Assembly: GCA_963693365.1 (NCBI GenBank)
Contig: CAVNZM010000017.1
Location: 5,012,708 to 5,076,707 of the forward strand
DNA from: Amoebidium appalachense
Taxonomy: Eukaryota > Protista > Ichthyosporea
DNA: 64,000 bases
Reading direction: 5' to 3'
A program made the position numbers and the translations under genes. The notes below the pieces were generated by a model that was not told the origin of the DNA, searched no databases, and worked only from the letters and a program-made list of their open reading frames with translations. This document shows, one piece after another, positions 44,693 through 59,676 of this stretch (positions within the stretch are counted from its first letter, which is position 1; the number at the start of each line of letters is the position of its first letter).

Positions 44693-46411
44693 TTATACGG
44701 AGTCCTGAATCTTGGGCTCCACGAAGTCACCGGTCCGTGCAACCTTGGCACCGCTGCACCCAAACAAAAAAGTCAGCAAAACTCCACACGCTTAGGCAAA
44801 ATGCAACAGACAACAGGCAAGATGTAACCCAAGGGCGACAGGAGACTCTAACCAATACCTCCCAAAGTGCCCTTACACCCATGTTAATAGAAGCAAAAAG
44901 CATACACAAACCTGATCGTGTGCCCAAGGAAGAAACAGTGGTGGTAAAGACAAGGCAAACAGGCAAGACGCCCCCCTCGGCACCAACGGCCCCCCCACGC
45001 ATCTCCAAAAGTACCCACAAACACACACACAAACACAGGTGCTCCGAGAGGTAATTGGGTGGAAGTGAGGGGCCTAAAAAAGGTAAACAGGGGAAAAAAG
45101 GTTGGTCGAACCACCAAGAAAAAAACAAAAACAAAAAGGAGGGTTTAAATTCGGTCAAAGAAAAATGCAAAACAGGCAAGCACGTACCCCTCAGCGACGG
45201 CGGCCTCGCCGTGCATCTCCATGAGCTTGTTCAGGTCGAACTTGGGCTTCTTGAGGATCTTCACCTTGCGCACAAACACGTTCTGCAGCGGGTAGATGCT
45301 GCGCGTGGCCTTGACAATGTCCGTGCCGAAAGAGCCAGCAATGAACTTGTTCACCAGCTCCTTGAAGTCAGAGCTGCTGGCCTCGCTAGTCATGATCTCA
45401 ACCATCTTCTTGCGAATCTGGCGGATCTGGGCCGACTGGGCGTACGACGTCTTGCGCACCTGGTTCTTGCGCCTCTGGGTGAAGGCAATGACAAACAGGC
45501 GGAGGTAGTAGCCGTCCGTCGTCTTGACGTCAACAAACGCCTGTGAGAACACAATCCCAACAGTTGTTAGTACGAGTGTTTGCATTCACAAGTGTTTGCT
45601 TGCTATGTCACTTAGAATCAATGTTCGTGAGATAAGAGGACACCCTTTCAGCTGTCGGTACAATCATGGTGTGTGTGGCTCATTCATACCCACCATCCGT
45701 AAGGGTTTCGTGCACACAGATTCGCTGTCCGCGTAAACATGTACACATGTGCTCGGATCATACACCCAGTCTATACTTTGTGAGTCACAAACCCCGACCC
45801 CCCCCCTCTCTCTCTCTCTCGGACGGTACATTATACTACCGTTGCCGAAACCCACATCCACCAGCACATTCCCATGGTTTGGTCGTGATCAACATTACCG
45901 AAACAACTTCCTATTCCCATCTGTTCATTTTTGAACGGAAAACTGCTCACAACAGTAGTCCTTGCCCGTCCTGGATATACGAGTTTGAAAGAAAGGAAAA
46001 AACGCCGTTTCCACATGTCGAAGCCCTCCACAAATAGTCAACCCTATTTGTTACCCTAACTCCGTGATATGGCAAGTCCCAAAACCAGTATATCCGCAGT
46101 GGAAAAAGAATGCAGGTAGGTCAACCTAAAATTCAGCGACCACATGACTCTCTGTGCTCCAACAGTACAACATTTGGTACCTGACGCTGGCCTGTGCCGC
46201 CTCGTAACCCTGTCAAACAACAAACTAATCGCAGCCATCCATCCATGATAACTGATCACACCGTACATTCCCACTTCTCGTCACCAATACGACACAGTTT
46301 GGTATCCGCCTGTAGCCCCTCGTGTCAACCTGGCACACCTGTCCCTTGCCCAACCACGCAATGTCCGAAACCTTCCTATTCACCATGTCCTCGGCAAGAT
46401 GACAGACGAAC

Positions 46412-46443
<32 letters not shown>

Positions 46444-49400
46444 AAACCTGGCCCATAAAAACAAACGCTCCCCCACCTCTCGTCCACCACCCCAACACCC
46501 GTAAACCCATTGCCCTCGGAAAAAACAACCCCAACCACCTCCCCTCCCCCGAACCCACCTACTAATAGACCTACCCCCTTCCCCCCCTCCCACTATCACC
46601 TCCACCCACTCCCCCAACTCATTCATACCCCCTCCTTCCCTCCACCCAAACACACAACACGCACCTCGATGAGGGTCTGCCACTTCTTGACGAGGGAGCG
46701 CAGCTTGTCCGTGGTGAAGTTGAGGCCGTGGAAGTTCGTGAGCACGTTCTTGCCCTGGATGTCCTCGGCAACAAGGCGCATCTTCACGAATGCCTGGTCC
46801 TCGTCGTTGTTGAGGTCGGCAAGCGACACCTCAAACACACGCCCCTTGAGCGCATCACTGGCAATCTCTGCACGGAAAAGGAAAAAAGTGAGGGGATGAG
46901 AAGGCATGTTTCGTCTTGTGTCCGGTGAAAGATTTGTTTGTGACATGCCAATGGAATGTACGAATAGGAGCAAAAAGCATAGACTTCTAACACACGTCCC
47001 TTGAGCGCATCACTGGCAATCTCTGAAAAAAAAAAAAGAAAAAAAAAAAAAGGTGGGTGAGCGGATGAGAAGGGAAGTTTGTGTTTATGATACAAATGTG
47101 TTTGTACATTGAGAGAATGTGCATTCATGTAAGTATGAATTTCAAGCACAAGTCGATTGAGCACATCACTGGCTATCATTGCACAGGTAAGAAAAAGAGG
47201 GTGAGCTGATTGTGTATGTTTGTGCCATGCAAGAAAGAGAATGTACAATCGTGAGCATGAAATACAAGAACAAGCCGCTTGAGTGCATCACTGGCAATCT
47301 CTGTGCAAAAAAAAGGGAAAAGATGGATGAGTGGGGAGAACGTATGTCTGTGGAGTGAAGGGTGTGCATGTGTGATGCAGCGAGATTGTTCTGTGAGCAT
47401 GCAACTAGAACACACGGCCCTTTAGGGCATCAAAGGCAATCACTGGGGAAAAAGGAGGGTGAGTGCCGGAACGCATGTGCGCGTGCAGGTGCATATACTG
47501 GTTTGTGTTGGAAGGTGTGCATGCGCCATGTATGGAGAATGTAGGTGTGGGCATGCACACAAACACACAACAGAGGATGCAATGTGAAGCAAAGAAGTGC
47601 CCACAACCCATTGTCATGTATGTGGTGAGCACACGGTAATCCAGCAAATCATTAGCCATGTCTGCACAGATAAACGGGGAGGTATGCATGTATGTGTGAT
47701 ACAGAGAGAAAATGTGAATGTGGGTGTCAACATGCACCTCAAGCTCACACGCAGCATGGGCGGTAAGCACGTGCAATTGTTCAGCATTACGTGCAGGCAT
47801 TAATGGATAGCACTTTGGTGTTGAGGGATATTCGTGTGCATTAAGGCGTACACACGGCAAAGAGTGAGCGTGTATTGTAGCAGGCACGTACGTTTGAGGC
47901 TTGTGTGTAATTTAACGGTGATGCGCCCAAAGTGTGTGTGGTGCTCGTGTTTAAGGAATATTGACATTTGCTAAGTGGGCGAGCGAGTGAGCGTGCTTGT
48001 GTGCGCGTATGCGAATGTCGATCGAAGGTGATAGCAGTGATTGTGCAGGCGTATGTGTTGCCAAGAGAAAGTGCTCGTGTGTTAAAGGCTACAAGGAATG
48101 CCGATGCGTCTGCCGCACTGTGATGCATGTGGCCAGGAAGTGGGTGAGCACGTGCATATGCCAAAACCACGTGTGCATGTGTTTAATTACGCTGTGTGCA
48201 TGTTGATGACGTATACGCATGTCTGTGCATGCACACATGCAACACCGAGTAAAAATAAAACACCCTACGAATGCACCAACCCCAGTAGCTATCCTTTTGA
48301 TGTCAAACCCAGTGACCCCTTTGAAGTCTCCTCTCCCGAATTGAGCCCGCCCGTACACCTGCAGCACACTCCATCACACACACACACCCCATCCCTCCCT
48401 GCATACAGCCATCTCCTTCCCTCCCTCCCCGTGTATGTGCACGTCCACCCCTGCCCCCTCCGTGTGTGCGTGCACGTGCACGGGACACGTACTGTTGGCC
48501 TGGGTGCGGTTGACCAGAGTCTTGCCGACCTGGCGGTTGGCAAAGACGGAGGGGGCCTTCACATCGTACCAGTCCTTGCGGGTGAAGGGGTCCACCCTGC
48601 ACATCCCCAACAGTCAGATCGACCAGCAAAATAGAGGCATGAGGTCTGACCGTTGCATTGAAAAATCTGTGTGAATCAGTCACAAGGCCTTGACTCATAG
48701 GGAAACCACGAAAAATCTGGTGCTCTTCAGTGTTAGCCTGACTGTTTCCCTCTCCGAACTGCCAAGAGCGAAAAAGGTGAAGTAGATGCAACCGATAACC
48801 CGGCCTGGCATCAACCCTACAAAAACGATCTGTAGAAGCTTCCACAACACACGCACAGGACAGAGTTACTTACACTTTCTTCTTGGTCCCCTTGCCCTTC
48901 TTGCTCAGGCGCTTGTTCTTTCCCACCGCTGCGGAAAACGAAAAGTCAAGTCAGGGAGAGATAACGGGTGGCGGGTAAAGGAGAAAAATCTAATCGTCCT
49001 AAATCAAGTATTCGATCACAGGGCCAGACATACCCTAAACCTATTTGGAGCCTTGAGATCATATCCCAGCCTCCAAGTGCAAAGAAGATGATGGAACCAG
49101 TTCAGGGAGTTCTTTTCAAGTGTGACAGTTGCATTATCCAGCTGCTCATGCTGTGAATAATTTGATCTAACTCCAGAACTTGTGCAAGCAGAGTATGCCC
49201 ACATACAGCCAGCTTAAAATATGCGAATCAGAAATGAGCCTCCGAAAGCTGACACCATCCCCTGAAGCGAACTGCTGATCCACCAGCGGTAACCCGTGCA
49301 CAGACCCTTCACCACACCATCGCTGCCCCTCTACCCTTCCTGTAAAACACGACGAAATGTTTGCGCACTGTAAACTAGCATAATTTGATGTGTATCGTCG

Positions 49401-49794
49401 AAGTGTCCGTATACATGTATACAGCAAATAATTGAATGGTGTATACTGCACTGCTTGACAAGGCCGCTGAGTTGGGTGAAAAATTTGTGTATGCACACTG
49501 CTTCACCACTGTCCCATTGCAGGTCCCTGTTCGTCAAAGACCATCATCTCGCCCTGTATAGCTCAAATCCCGTGTTCGGCCACTTGTGTCTATATATATA
49601 TATATGTATGTATGTATGCCCCTATCCCTATGTGTATATATGTATACTCGCTCACTCGCTCATTCCCCGCTCGTCACGCATCCCCAACGTCGGTGTATTC
49701 CCTCCAAGCTGTGTATACTACACGGATGGTGTTGGATTCGCTTGGATATTGTTTGGATCCTCGAAAACGTTTTTCGCTTGGGGCACTGACCCAT
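44693..49794 (-). CDS. RPS3A: 40S ribosomal protein eS1 (S3a), 259 aa. Exons 49794-49791, 48928-48874, 48596-48493, 46867-46665, 45540-45188, 44753-44693
   Basis: [95 protein letters not shown]. 780 nt, all introns GT-AG. Confidence 0.97.
46868..47700 (-). repeat. Tandem ~140-155-bp array of duplicated acceptor + exon-4 start in RPS3A intron 3
   Basis: Variants of CAG|AGATTGCCAGTGATGCGCTCAAG with the acceptor position at ~47023, ~47180 (AG lost), ~47301, ~47443 and ~47662. The first four are preceded by CTCAC/CTCAT and a pyrimidine tract. Confidence 0.9.
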
Positions 49795-49818
49795 GATGCC
49801 GTGTGGTGAACAAAACGT

Positions 49819-49830
49819 AGAAAAGGAAGA
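49819..49830 (-). promoter_or_regulatory. 5'TOP/TCT-like pyrimidine tract upstream of RPS3A
   Basis: TCTTCCTTTTCT ending 24 nt before the ATG; typical of ribosomal protein gene starts. Confidence 0.55.
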
Positions 49831-50495
49831 CGATTGAGTCGATCCGCTCGGTTTCATAATTCGCCCGCGGCCGGCGGCGAGCCGGGCGGCGCAGTGGCGC
49901 CAGCTCCGGCCCAAAGAGAATAAACTACCGGACTGGCGGGTATTTGAAATTGAGCAATCTGCTTAGATGGGTGGAATGTTTGAAGCGACATGTGATTGAT
50001 CGATCTAGATTTAGGAATGCAATGAATAGATTCTGCCCTAAATCAGAGATAGGTCGTGATTACTTGAACTTGACTACTCATATATTGGTAAAGTCAGGCA
50101 AAAGAGAGAAAGGGCTGCAGCTGCAGGATATTATTCGTGCATATTTGCAAGCACAACGCAGCTAATTTGGTTGAATCTAATAATAGCCCTGTGCACACCC
50201 TGGGCCAGCGCAAGATCTATTGTAGATCTGGCCACAGGTGGCGATCGAGCTGAGGAGCACTCGGTGATATCTCGCCGATATCAACAATCGATGACTGTTC
50301 GATTCAAGTTTTCATGCATACAGTACATAGTGCTTTATATTCAGCGACTCAATTAATTACGTATGTCATGTTCATGGTATCGCCTGTACATGTAATAAGA
50401 AAATCGTGCATCATGATCATATATGGTGGAACGGTATATACGTCTGGGGTTTTGCGTTGTTTACTCGAGGCAAAGAGAGACCAGTCTCAGGTATA

Positions 50496-51928
<1,433 letters not shown>

Positions 51929-52085
51929 TAGGGGGTTTTGCTCGGAATATCCCCTCAGCGGTATATCATGATCAAGTACATAGATCTCAGGTGATGATTA
52001 TATATCAGGATTTTTCTTTCTCTATGAAGCATCATATAGACTAAGACAGTAAGAAGAAACTTTTACATAGACTATTGGGTTCCCC

Positions 52086-52127
<42 letters not shown>

Positions 52128-52173
52128 GGGCTCCCCTGGGACACTCGGTATCAGCTGGTGTGTGTGTGTTGTA

Positions 52174-52248
<75 letters not shown>

Positions 52249-53094
52249 AGAGTTTTGTAATGATCGATCGAAGTGTTTCTCAAGCCAATCAATCAGTGAA
52301 TACATCTAATAAACAGCTCATAGTTACGTGTGTTTAGTATAAAATCAAGGATGTTGTAATTTTCAGTAAGCTATCTTTCGGGGTGCCTGTTGTGAATGTG
52401 CCGTGTGTGTGTTGCGGCATTATGTGGTCTATCAATTACTACATTTGGCAATACATGACCGTTTAAACAGTGGTGTGTGTGTGTGTTGTTTGGGCATGCA
52501 AACGATGCCACCTTATATTATACTTATTAGATCTCCACCGTATCATCCGGGCACTCACAGTAAAAGCCGGGGTTAGTGGTCAATAATGCCATCAGCAAGA
52601 GAAAGACCAATTCTACAGGAAGGTAATTTGTATTTAGGTGTTACACATTTGCGAGTGCCATATTTGGCAATATGATTAAGGGGGTCACTATATATATAAA
52701 ACGAGATATAGGGCTTAGTTTTTCAAGGTGTCTGCTTTCATCAGGTCTAGTCGGGTGGTATATATCTTTTTCCATTTGTTATATTGTGCACGTGATTAAG
52801 TACATGTCTAATAAGTAAATGGCAGTCCAAAGTCACACGCACACTTTTGCGTGGCTTGTTTGTATTTGTGCCCTGGGAAGAAGGAGAGAGAGAGAGGGAA
52901 GGAAAGAGGGGAGAGAAGAGCGATATGTCGCAATATATGCAGCGCTGCTAGTTCGAAAAGGTGTTTTCATGTAGCTACTTGGCACCTCCGCATCAGATCT
53001 GAATGCCTGCAGCCGCGCCAAAATCACTGAATTTCAATAAATGTAAGTGCTTTTCAGACTCATGACAACTACCTTTCCTTCCTTAGCTAAGCGT

Positions 53095-53414
53095 AGGGCC
53101 CAACCACATCGGCTAAGTCATCCTGCAAAAAGCAGAATATTCTGCAAAAGCAGAATTATTCTGCCTTGAGCAGAATCACTCTGCTTTTAGCAGGATATTA
53201 ATTAATATGGAAACCCTTTTAGCAGATGTGTTCCGCAAAAAGCAGAATTATTCTGCTTTCGACAGCAGGATAGTCCTGCTTTTATCAGAACAATTCTTTT
53301 AAAGTGAACCGAATAGTTCTGCCTTTAGCAGAATAATTCTGCTCAAAGCATAATCTGCTTTTGCAGGGCAATTTTGCTAGGAGCAAGTTGGGTCAGCCGA
53401 TGTGCTTGGACCCT
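53095..53414. mobile_element. MITE-like element with ~22-bp imperfect TIRs and internal palindromic subrepeats
   Basis: AGGGCCCAACCACATCGGCTAA versus reverse complement of TCAGCCGATGTGCTTGGACCCT (3 mismatches). Interior built of GCAGAAT(T)ATTCTGC variants. No clear TSD. Confidence 0.65.
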
Positions 53415-54187
53415 CTTCTTCCGGCACCGACTGTACCCTTGCTAGGGTGCCGCTAGTTAGAATGGTGCATTCAGCCATGTAAGCTATGTATGTAACACTA
53501 CTGTACTTTCCCCACACATTACTACTAATACGGTACACACTTAGGCCAGGAGTTTTGCCCCAGCCTCTCTATTGGGGAGCCTCGAGCTCCTGGGCCTCCC
53601 CTCCAACCAAAACCTGTCAGATAGATTTGACTATAAACATGTGTATGCGGACTCTCACCGGGTTTAAATAACTAGTAGTACGTTGCGTCACGATTTGTGC
53701 TGTGCAGTGAGGCGAAAATGTTTGCCAGAAACGTAGTTTTTTTTTTTTTTTTTTTTTTTTGAGGGGGGGGGGGGAGGGGGGGGAAGAGGAGGGGGGGGGG
53801 GGGGGGGCTCACCACCGCCCCCGGACCGGTCCCGCTGCAGCAGCTGCAGGTGGATCCCCTTCCAAAAGCAAAGAGGAGGAGGGGAAGGGGGGGGGGGGGA
53901 GGGGGGGGGGGGGGGGGGGGGGGGGGAGGGGGGGGAGGGGAAGGAGGAGGAGGGGTACGGGGGGAGGGTGTTCACACAGGGTCACACGTGTACATATATC
54001 CGGGCTGTAAAATTTAATTATCGATCTATGATGATATTGCGAGTGCTTGCCAACCTGGCGTATGTATTTACACTGTCCTCTAAAAGGGCCAATGTTACAT
54101 TAGGGCTGAGCCCATTGCTATCTATTCCTTTTCGCCGGATTGTATCATAGCACACCATGCTACACAACAATATGGAGTATCGCCGCT

Positions 54188-54460
54188 CCCCCCCCCCCCC
54201 CCCCCCCCTCTCAAATCCGGGGTCTCCCCCCCCCCCCTCCCCCTCCTCTCCCTCTCGGAGGGAGGCCGGGGGGAGGAGGGGAGGCCCCCCCCCCCCCCCT
54301 CAAATCCGGGGTCTCCCCCCCCCCCCCTCCCCTCCCTCTCCCTCTCGGAGGGAGGCCGGGGGAGGGAGGGAGGCCCCCCCCCCCCCCCCTTCAAATCCGG
54401 GGTCTCCCCCCCCCCCCCCCCCTCCCTCCTCTCCCTCTCGGAGGGAGGCCGGGGGCAGGG
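54188..54460. repeat. Three ~90-bp GC-rich tandem units
   Basis: TCAAATCCGGGGTCT-polyC-CTCTCCCTCTCGGAGGGAGGCCGGGGG at 54211, 54300 and 54391. Confidence 0.9.
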
Positions 54461-54636
54461 GGGAGGGGAGGGGAGGGGGGGGGGTGTTACTTACCCCTGT
54501 GCTCAATTTGAGGCCGGGAGAGGTCGCTGAAGGGAGGGGGAGTCGGACTCGGGGGGGGAATGGGAGGGACACCAATATGTAATCTGGGAAAATAGATGCA
54601 AGTTTCACTGAGGAAGGATTTCAATGTTTCACCTTT

Positions 54637-54667
<31 letters not shown>

Positions 54668-55315
54668 CCCTCCCCCCCATCTGGCAAACTGATATGATAA
54701 CCGAAAAAATTTAAAGGGAATCTCGGTCCCAATCAAATGGCTCAAAATGGTTAAAAAGGAATTCGGCATTATCACTGTTTGGCCCTATGCCTCCTCTTGT
54801 TTACATCCAGTAATGTGCGGCGCGTGTGGGGGCAGCTGCCGCTGTGGTATTGTCATTGACGATTTGCATCCCGCATGTCTTGCATTATTTTTTTTGATTT
54901 TCAAGCACTGTTTTTACACCGCCGTCCTAGGCCTTTTGATGGGTACCAGCTCCAGGCAACCAACTCTACCAATCGCACCGTGACATCGAGCCCGTGTTTA
55001 CGGTACAGACACACGTGTTTTACCATTACAGAATGACGTGTTTGTGTATCATAATGTGTGTGTCTCCCGAGGTTCCGTGTGTCACAGTGTACACTTTCAG
55101 GCGTAGGTATGTGCGCGCATGTTTTCGTTGTATTTAGTTTGCTGTATATCTCGTCACTGATTTGTGTGGATGACGGTGGGCCAGGTGGCACCTAGGCCTT
55201 GTCAATGAGCAACATGTGTTTTGTGAATCCAGATGTGTTCATCTATTTTGTTATCCCAGGTGGAAAGCGGGGTCTTTGGGGAAGTTTTTTTTTTTAAAAT
55301 TAAGAAAAATTGTGT

Positions 55316-55360
<45 letters not shown>

Positions 55361-55474
55361 AAGGGGGGAGGGGGTGGGGGTGGGGGTGGGGCCGGTGTGT
55401 GTGTGTGTGTGTGGGGGGGGGGGGGTAAAAGAGGGAGAGTGGAAACTTTATCGAAATTGCTCTACAGCTGCTGG

Positions 55475-55510
<36 letters not shown>

Positions 55511-55987
55511 CCGGCCTCATCCACCCCTTCTCCCGGAAGCAAGGGGGGACCCACTCGGGGAGCCTGGGGTGGCCAAGTCGCCTCTCCGATATTATTAGCT
55601 CCGCTCCCCAAGCTAACCTCGGGTGAGGGGGGGGAGAAAGCCAGGAACCCACCAATCAGTCCCGTGCCCCCCCACCGCTGCAAATGACCTCTCTAAACCC
55701 TGCACCCACCCACCCATTGTACATCGACTTCTTACATTCGTTCCAACCAGGGCTTCAAATTGGGGACACTGTTTACTGTTCTCACTGTGTTCGTGTGTAA
55801 GCGCGGGTGTTGTGTGTGACAATGTGTGTGTGATTTGTTGCATGTGTGTGTGTTTGTGTGTGTGTGTGCTTGCCAAATGGTAAGTTCTCCACTGATAGTT
55901 ATTTGTGTGCGCAGTGCAAAGTTTACATCGTGCTGTTTGGACGAAAGCCAACAATTTGAGCGATTCCACCATGCCGCAGGTGTGTGT

Positions 55988-56025
<38 letters not shown>

Positions 56026-56045
56026 GTGTAGGTGTGTGTGTGTGT

Positions 56046-56123
<78 letters not shown>

Positions 56124-56642
56124 CGCGCGTGTGTGTGACTGAGTGTGCTCGTGCGTGCGTGCGTGCGTGTGCGTGTGTGTGTGCGTGCGTGCGTGTGTGC
56201 GTGCGTGCGTGCGCGTGTTTGTGTGTGTGCGTCGGTGGGGTGTGTGTGTACGTGCACGCGCGTGCGTTTGTGTGGCCACAACGGTCAAGTAGACAATGTG
56301 TACATGCAGTCCCATGGGTGTGCCTATTCATGATATTAGTCTCTGACTCAGGACGGTCGGCCTCCAAGTAACGTTGCTCGTGCGTGGCACCCCGTCTGTT
56401 CGTTTTCTGTGGCGCTTGTGTGTGCATGTATGTGCTTGTACGTGGCAATGCTCCGGGGATGCGTGCATGGCATGTGTATGCATATGTATCCGTCAGAAAG
56501 AAAGAGAGGGTGCTTGCCCATGGGGTTGGGGGGGGGGGGGGGGGAGGGGATGGGGAGGAGAGGGTGAGCCGCCCATAAGAGAGGCGCCTTGCTCCTCCCT
56601 TCCCCCTCCCCCTCTTCCCATTTGCAACTACCCTGTTCACCG

Positions 56643-56676
<34 letters not shown>

Positions 56677-56744
56677 CCCCCCATCGATGTCCCTCTTTCT
56701 TCCCTCCGTTTCAAAACTGGCAGGCCTCCATTTCACCGATTGCA

Positions 56745-56777
<33 letters not shown>

Positions 56778-57221
56778 TGCGTGTGTGTGTGTGTGTACAT
56801 GTGTGTGTGTGTGACTCTGTGAGTTCATACGTATTGATCGATAATCATGAGGTTTTGCACGTGTTTGCTTCGAGGGCCATGCACGTGCACACTCAAGTGA
56901 TGTGGAGCAGTGGCAGAAGTGCACAGTAATGAGGGAAGGGGGTTGTTTACACTTCAAGTTGTTGCAAGGGCTGGCATCCAGGGGTCACCGTGAGGGATTC
57001 CGGCACCGTGCGTGCAGACGTATGAGGGCCTCATCATCCGACCCCAGCGGCCCGGAAGGATATCGCTGGCTGCACGTGCACCGTATTGTCGTACAGTAGG
57101 AGCTCGAGGTCTAGGTTGGGAACTTGGGACCAGTTGCGATTTGGGGGTCATCCAGGAAAAGGGGGGGACTGGGTGGGTGCTGGGTGGGTGCACATTGGGA
57201 GGGTGGGCCCAGTGGGTTCAA

Positions 57222-57252
<31 letters not shown>

Positions 57253-58220
57253 GGGGGGGAAGGGGGAGGGGAGTGGGGGTGGGTGGGGAGGGTGGGGGGG
57301 GATCGGAGGGGGGGGAGGACGGGAGGGGGGAGTGGAGGCACTGCTGCCGCAGCGCCACCTGGTCAGCCAGTCACAGTGGCCGACGTGCAAGCCTTGCGCC
57401 ACATGTGTACACGTGCACGTGAAGACATGACTTAGTGTGTGTGCCACGTGCACGTGGCCACATGGACCAGTGTACAACGATGGGTCACCGGGCCCGGATC
57501 GATGGCAACGGCACACGATCAATCACAGTTTTGGGGGATCCACGGTCACACGGTAAGAATGCTACATTGAATTCCAAAGCGGATCAAAAAAAAAAAAAAA
57601 AAAAAAAAAAACACGCACATGCTATCACGCAAATATGACCGCCTTGGTAAAAACTGCCAAGTGCGAAGGCCTCTGCACCTACAAAATCAAGTCATAGGAA
57701 GACTGCTTTCTATAGGCTCAAAGTAAAGGCCAAAATCCACACCCCGTAACATCCGGGTGTCCCAGAGTCTATGACAGTTGACAGTGCGGCTACGTACTGT
57801 ATCTATTATTTTTTGAAACACGCAAAATGGAGTCTTGGGAGATATTTACCTTTCTATTGTCCAATCTATAATGCTTAAATTATTGCTTTTGCATTCCTTT
57901 GGGCTCTTTGTGTTCAGTGATTGGTTCCGCCGCCATCACCTTATCTCTCCAGCGTTTCGCGCGAAACCGGATGGGCCGGGACCCTCCCACTGTGTCCCAC
58001 AACTGCGACGCAAAACCACAAGAAAAACGCGTCACGGTGTGTTTTAGTAACTCTGCTTTCAGTTTCGTCCACACAACCAGCGTTTTGTCTGTGTCTGTAA
58101 CCTATTGCTTTCAGACAACAAATCTCCCATTCGATTGAAGACGGTGCCCTTACGCAAAATACGCTCACACAACGACTTCCCAACACAGCTCCGTTCATTT
58201 TTTTGTACCCACAACCAACC

Positions 58221-58760
58221 ATGAAGTCCACACGACTATTTGCTGCTTTGTTTGCCTGTGGGACACCCTACGCTCTCGCAGCATCAACACACATGCAGCC
58301 TAGCAACACATGCATCGAGTATTGCGCAGACCGACAAAACATGGACGCCAGAGCCCTCTGCGTGAAGGACTGCATGACGACGAGCCTGGAGAGACGAATG
58401 GAGAAGCCCGAGGAACCAGAAGAGCATGAGCTGGCTTCAGGAGATGTAGCTGATGATGATGATGACGAAGAAGAGCTGTCGAAGGAGGCACAAGAGTGGG
58501 CTGCCTCAAATACGGAGCCAAATGATGAGGATGCTAGCGATAGTGAGGATCCGGAGGATGAGGAAGAAGAAGAAGGAGTCGAAGGGGATGAGGATGAAGC
58601 CGAACCACGGGCTCACGGTGTGGCGAGAATAGGGTTTGCTTTGAATGGGGCAAAGGTTGACAGCAGCTGCGTGAGTGAGTGCAAGGATGAGCCGGATAGG
58701 GACTGGTGCATGGAGAAGTGTGCGCTGTTGCATGCACACTTGAAGGGCAAGAAAGAGTAG
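58221..58760 (+). CDS. Intronless 179-aa secreted protein: signal peptide, two CX3C-Xn-CX3C modules flanking an acidic linker
   Basis: MKSTRLFAALFACGTPYALA leader in ACC-ATG context; CIEYC-x11-CVKDC; D/E-rich linker; CVSEC-x8-CMEKC. Confidence 0.8.
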   Translation: MKSTRLFAALFACGTPYALAASTHMQPSNTCIEYCADRQNMDARALCVKDCMTTSLERRMEKPEEPEEHELASGDVADDDDDEEELSKEAQEWAASNTEPNDEDASDSEDPEDEEEEEGVEGDEDEAEPRAHGVARIGFALNGAKVDSSCVSECKDEPDRDWCMEKCALLHAHLKGKKE

Positions 58761-59576
58761 AACGTGTACGTGTCGTGCCTCCCAACGGAGAGAATGGCAA
58801 CATCAGCTACCGGGTGATACAACAGCGTCAGTCACTCAACACGCAGTGAGCGAGTTTTTTTTTCGAATATCATAAGCAATCAGTGTTTTGTTTTTAGTTG
58901 ATGTATATTTTGTTTTTTTGAAGTGCCAGCAGCCACCTAGTTATTCACCAAGTGACCACCACATACAGTTTTTTGGACACTGTTTAAAAAGTGAGCAAGG
59001 CAAGGCAAAGCAAAGCAAGGGAAAAAAAAAGCGTACAATGTAACTTGGGGAACAAGTTTATGATGTTATGTAAGTTGAATGTGGTTGCCATTTTTTAATC
59101 TCACATCGAGTTTATCCTTTTTTAATCATCAAGTTGATGACCTGAACCGTTTGTGCATGCATGTACTTGCTCCAGCGAATGTTCCAGTTCCTAACCACTA
59201 GAAGATCAGTTCACCCGTGCATCTTTTTGGCCAATTGAAAACCACACTACTAATAACACGATTTTTTTTTTGTTCCATATGTTTTGTTATATATTTTGTG
59301 CCATATATTATCTTGCTGATGTAAAAAACTCTTCGTTTCTCAGCTGCAATGCAAGAGTACAATACCAACTCTGCTTAACCCGTGCACCCTATAGTGTTGA
59401 CTGAAAACCCCCACCGGCAAAAAGCTACGAGTGGGAGTACATTTGCACATGCCCACCAACAAACAACCCCCTCCACACAACCACATACAGGAAGCGCGCA
59501 CACACAGCCGCAGGTTCCACACAACAGACACACCTTTTGTACATGTAGACTGGCACACAATCATGTACAAAGTTTG

Positions 59577-59676
<100 letters not shown>

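Noticed and set aside
45541-49790. Intronic C/D snoRNAs in RPS3A
   Set aside because: Only imperfect C boxes (e.g. GTGGTGA...CTGA near 49225-49317) and no recognisable rRNA guide; needs Infernal/snoscan.
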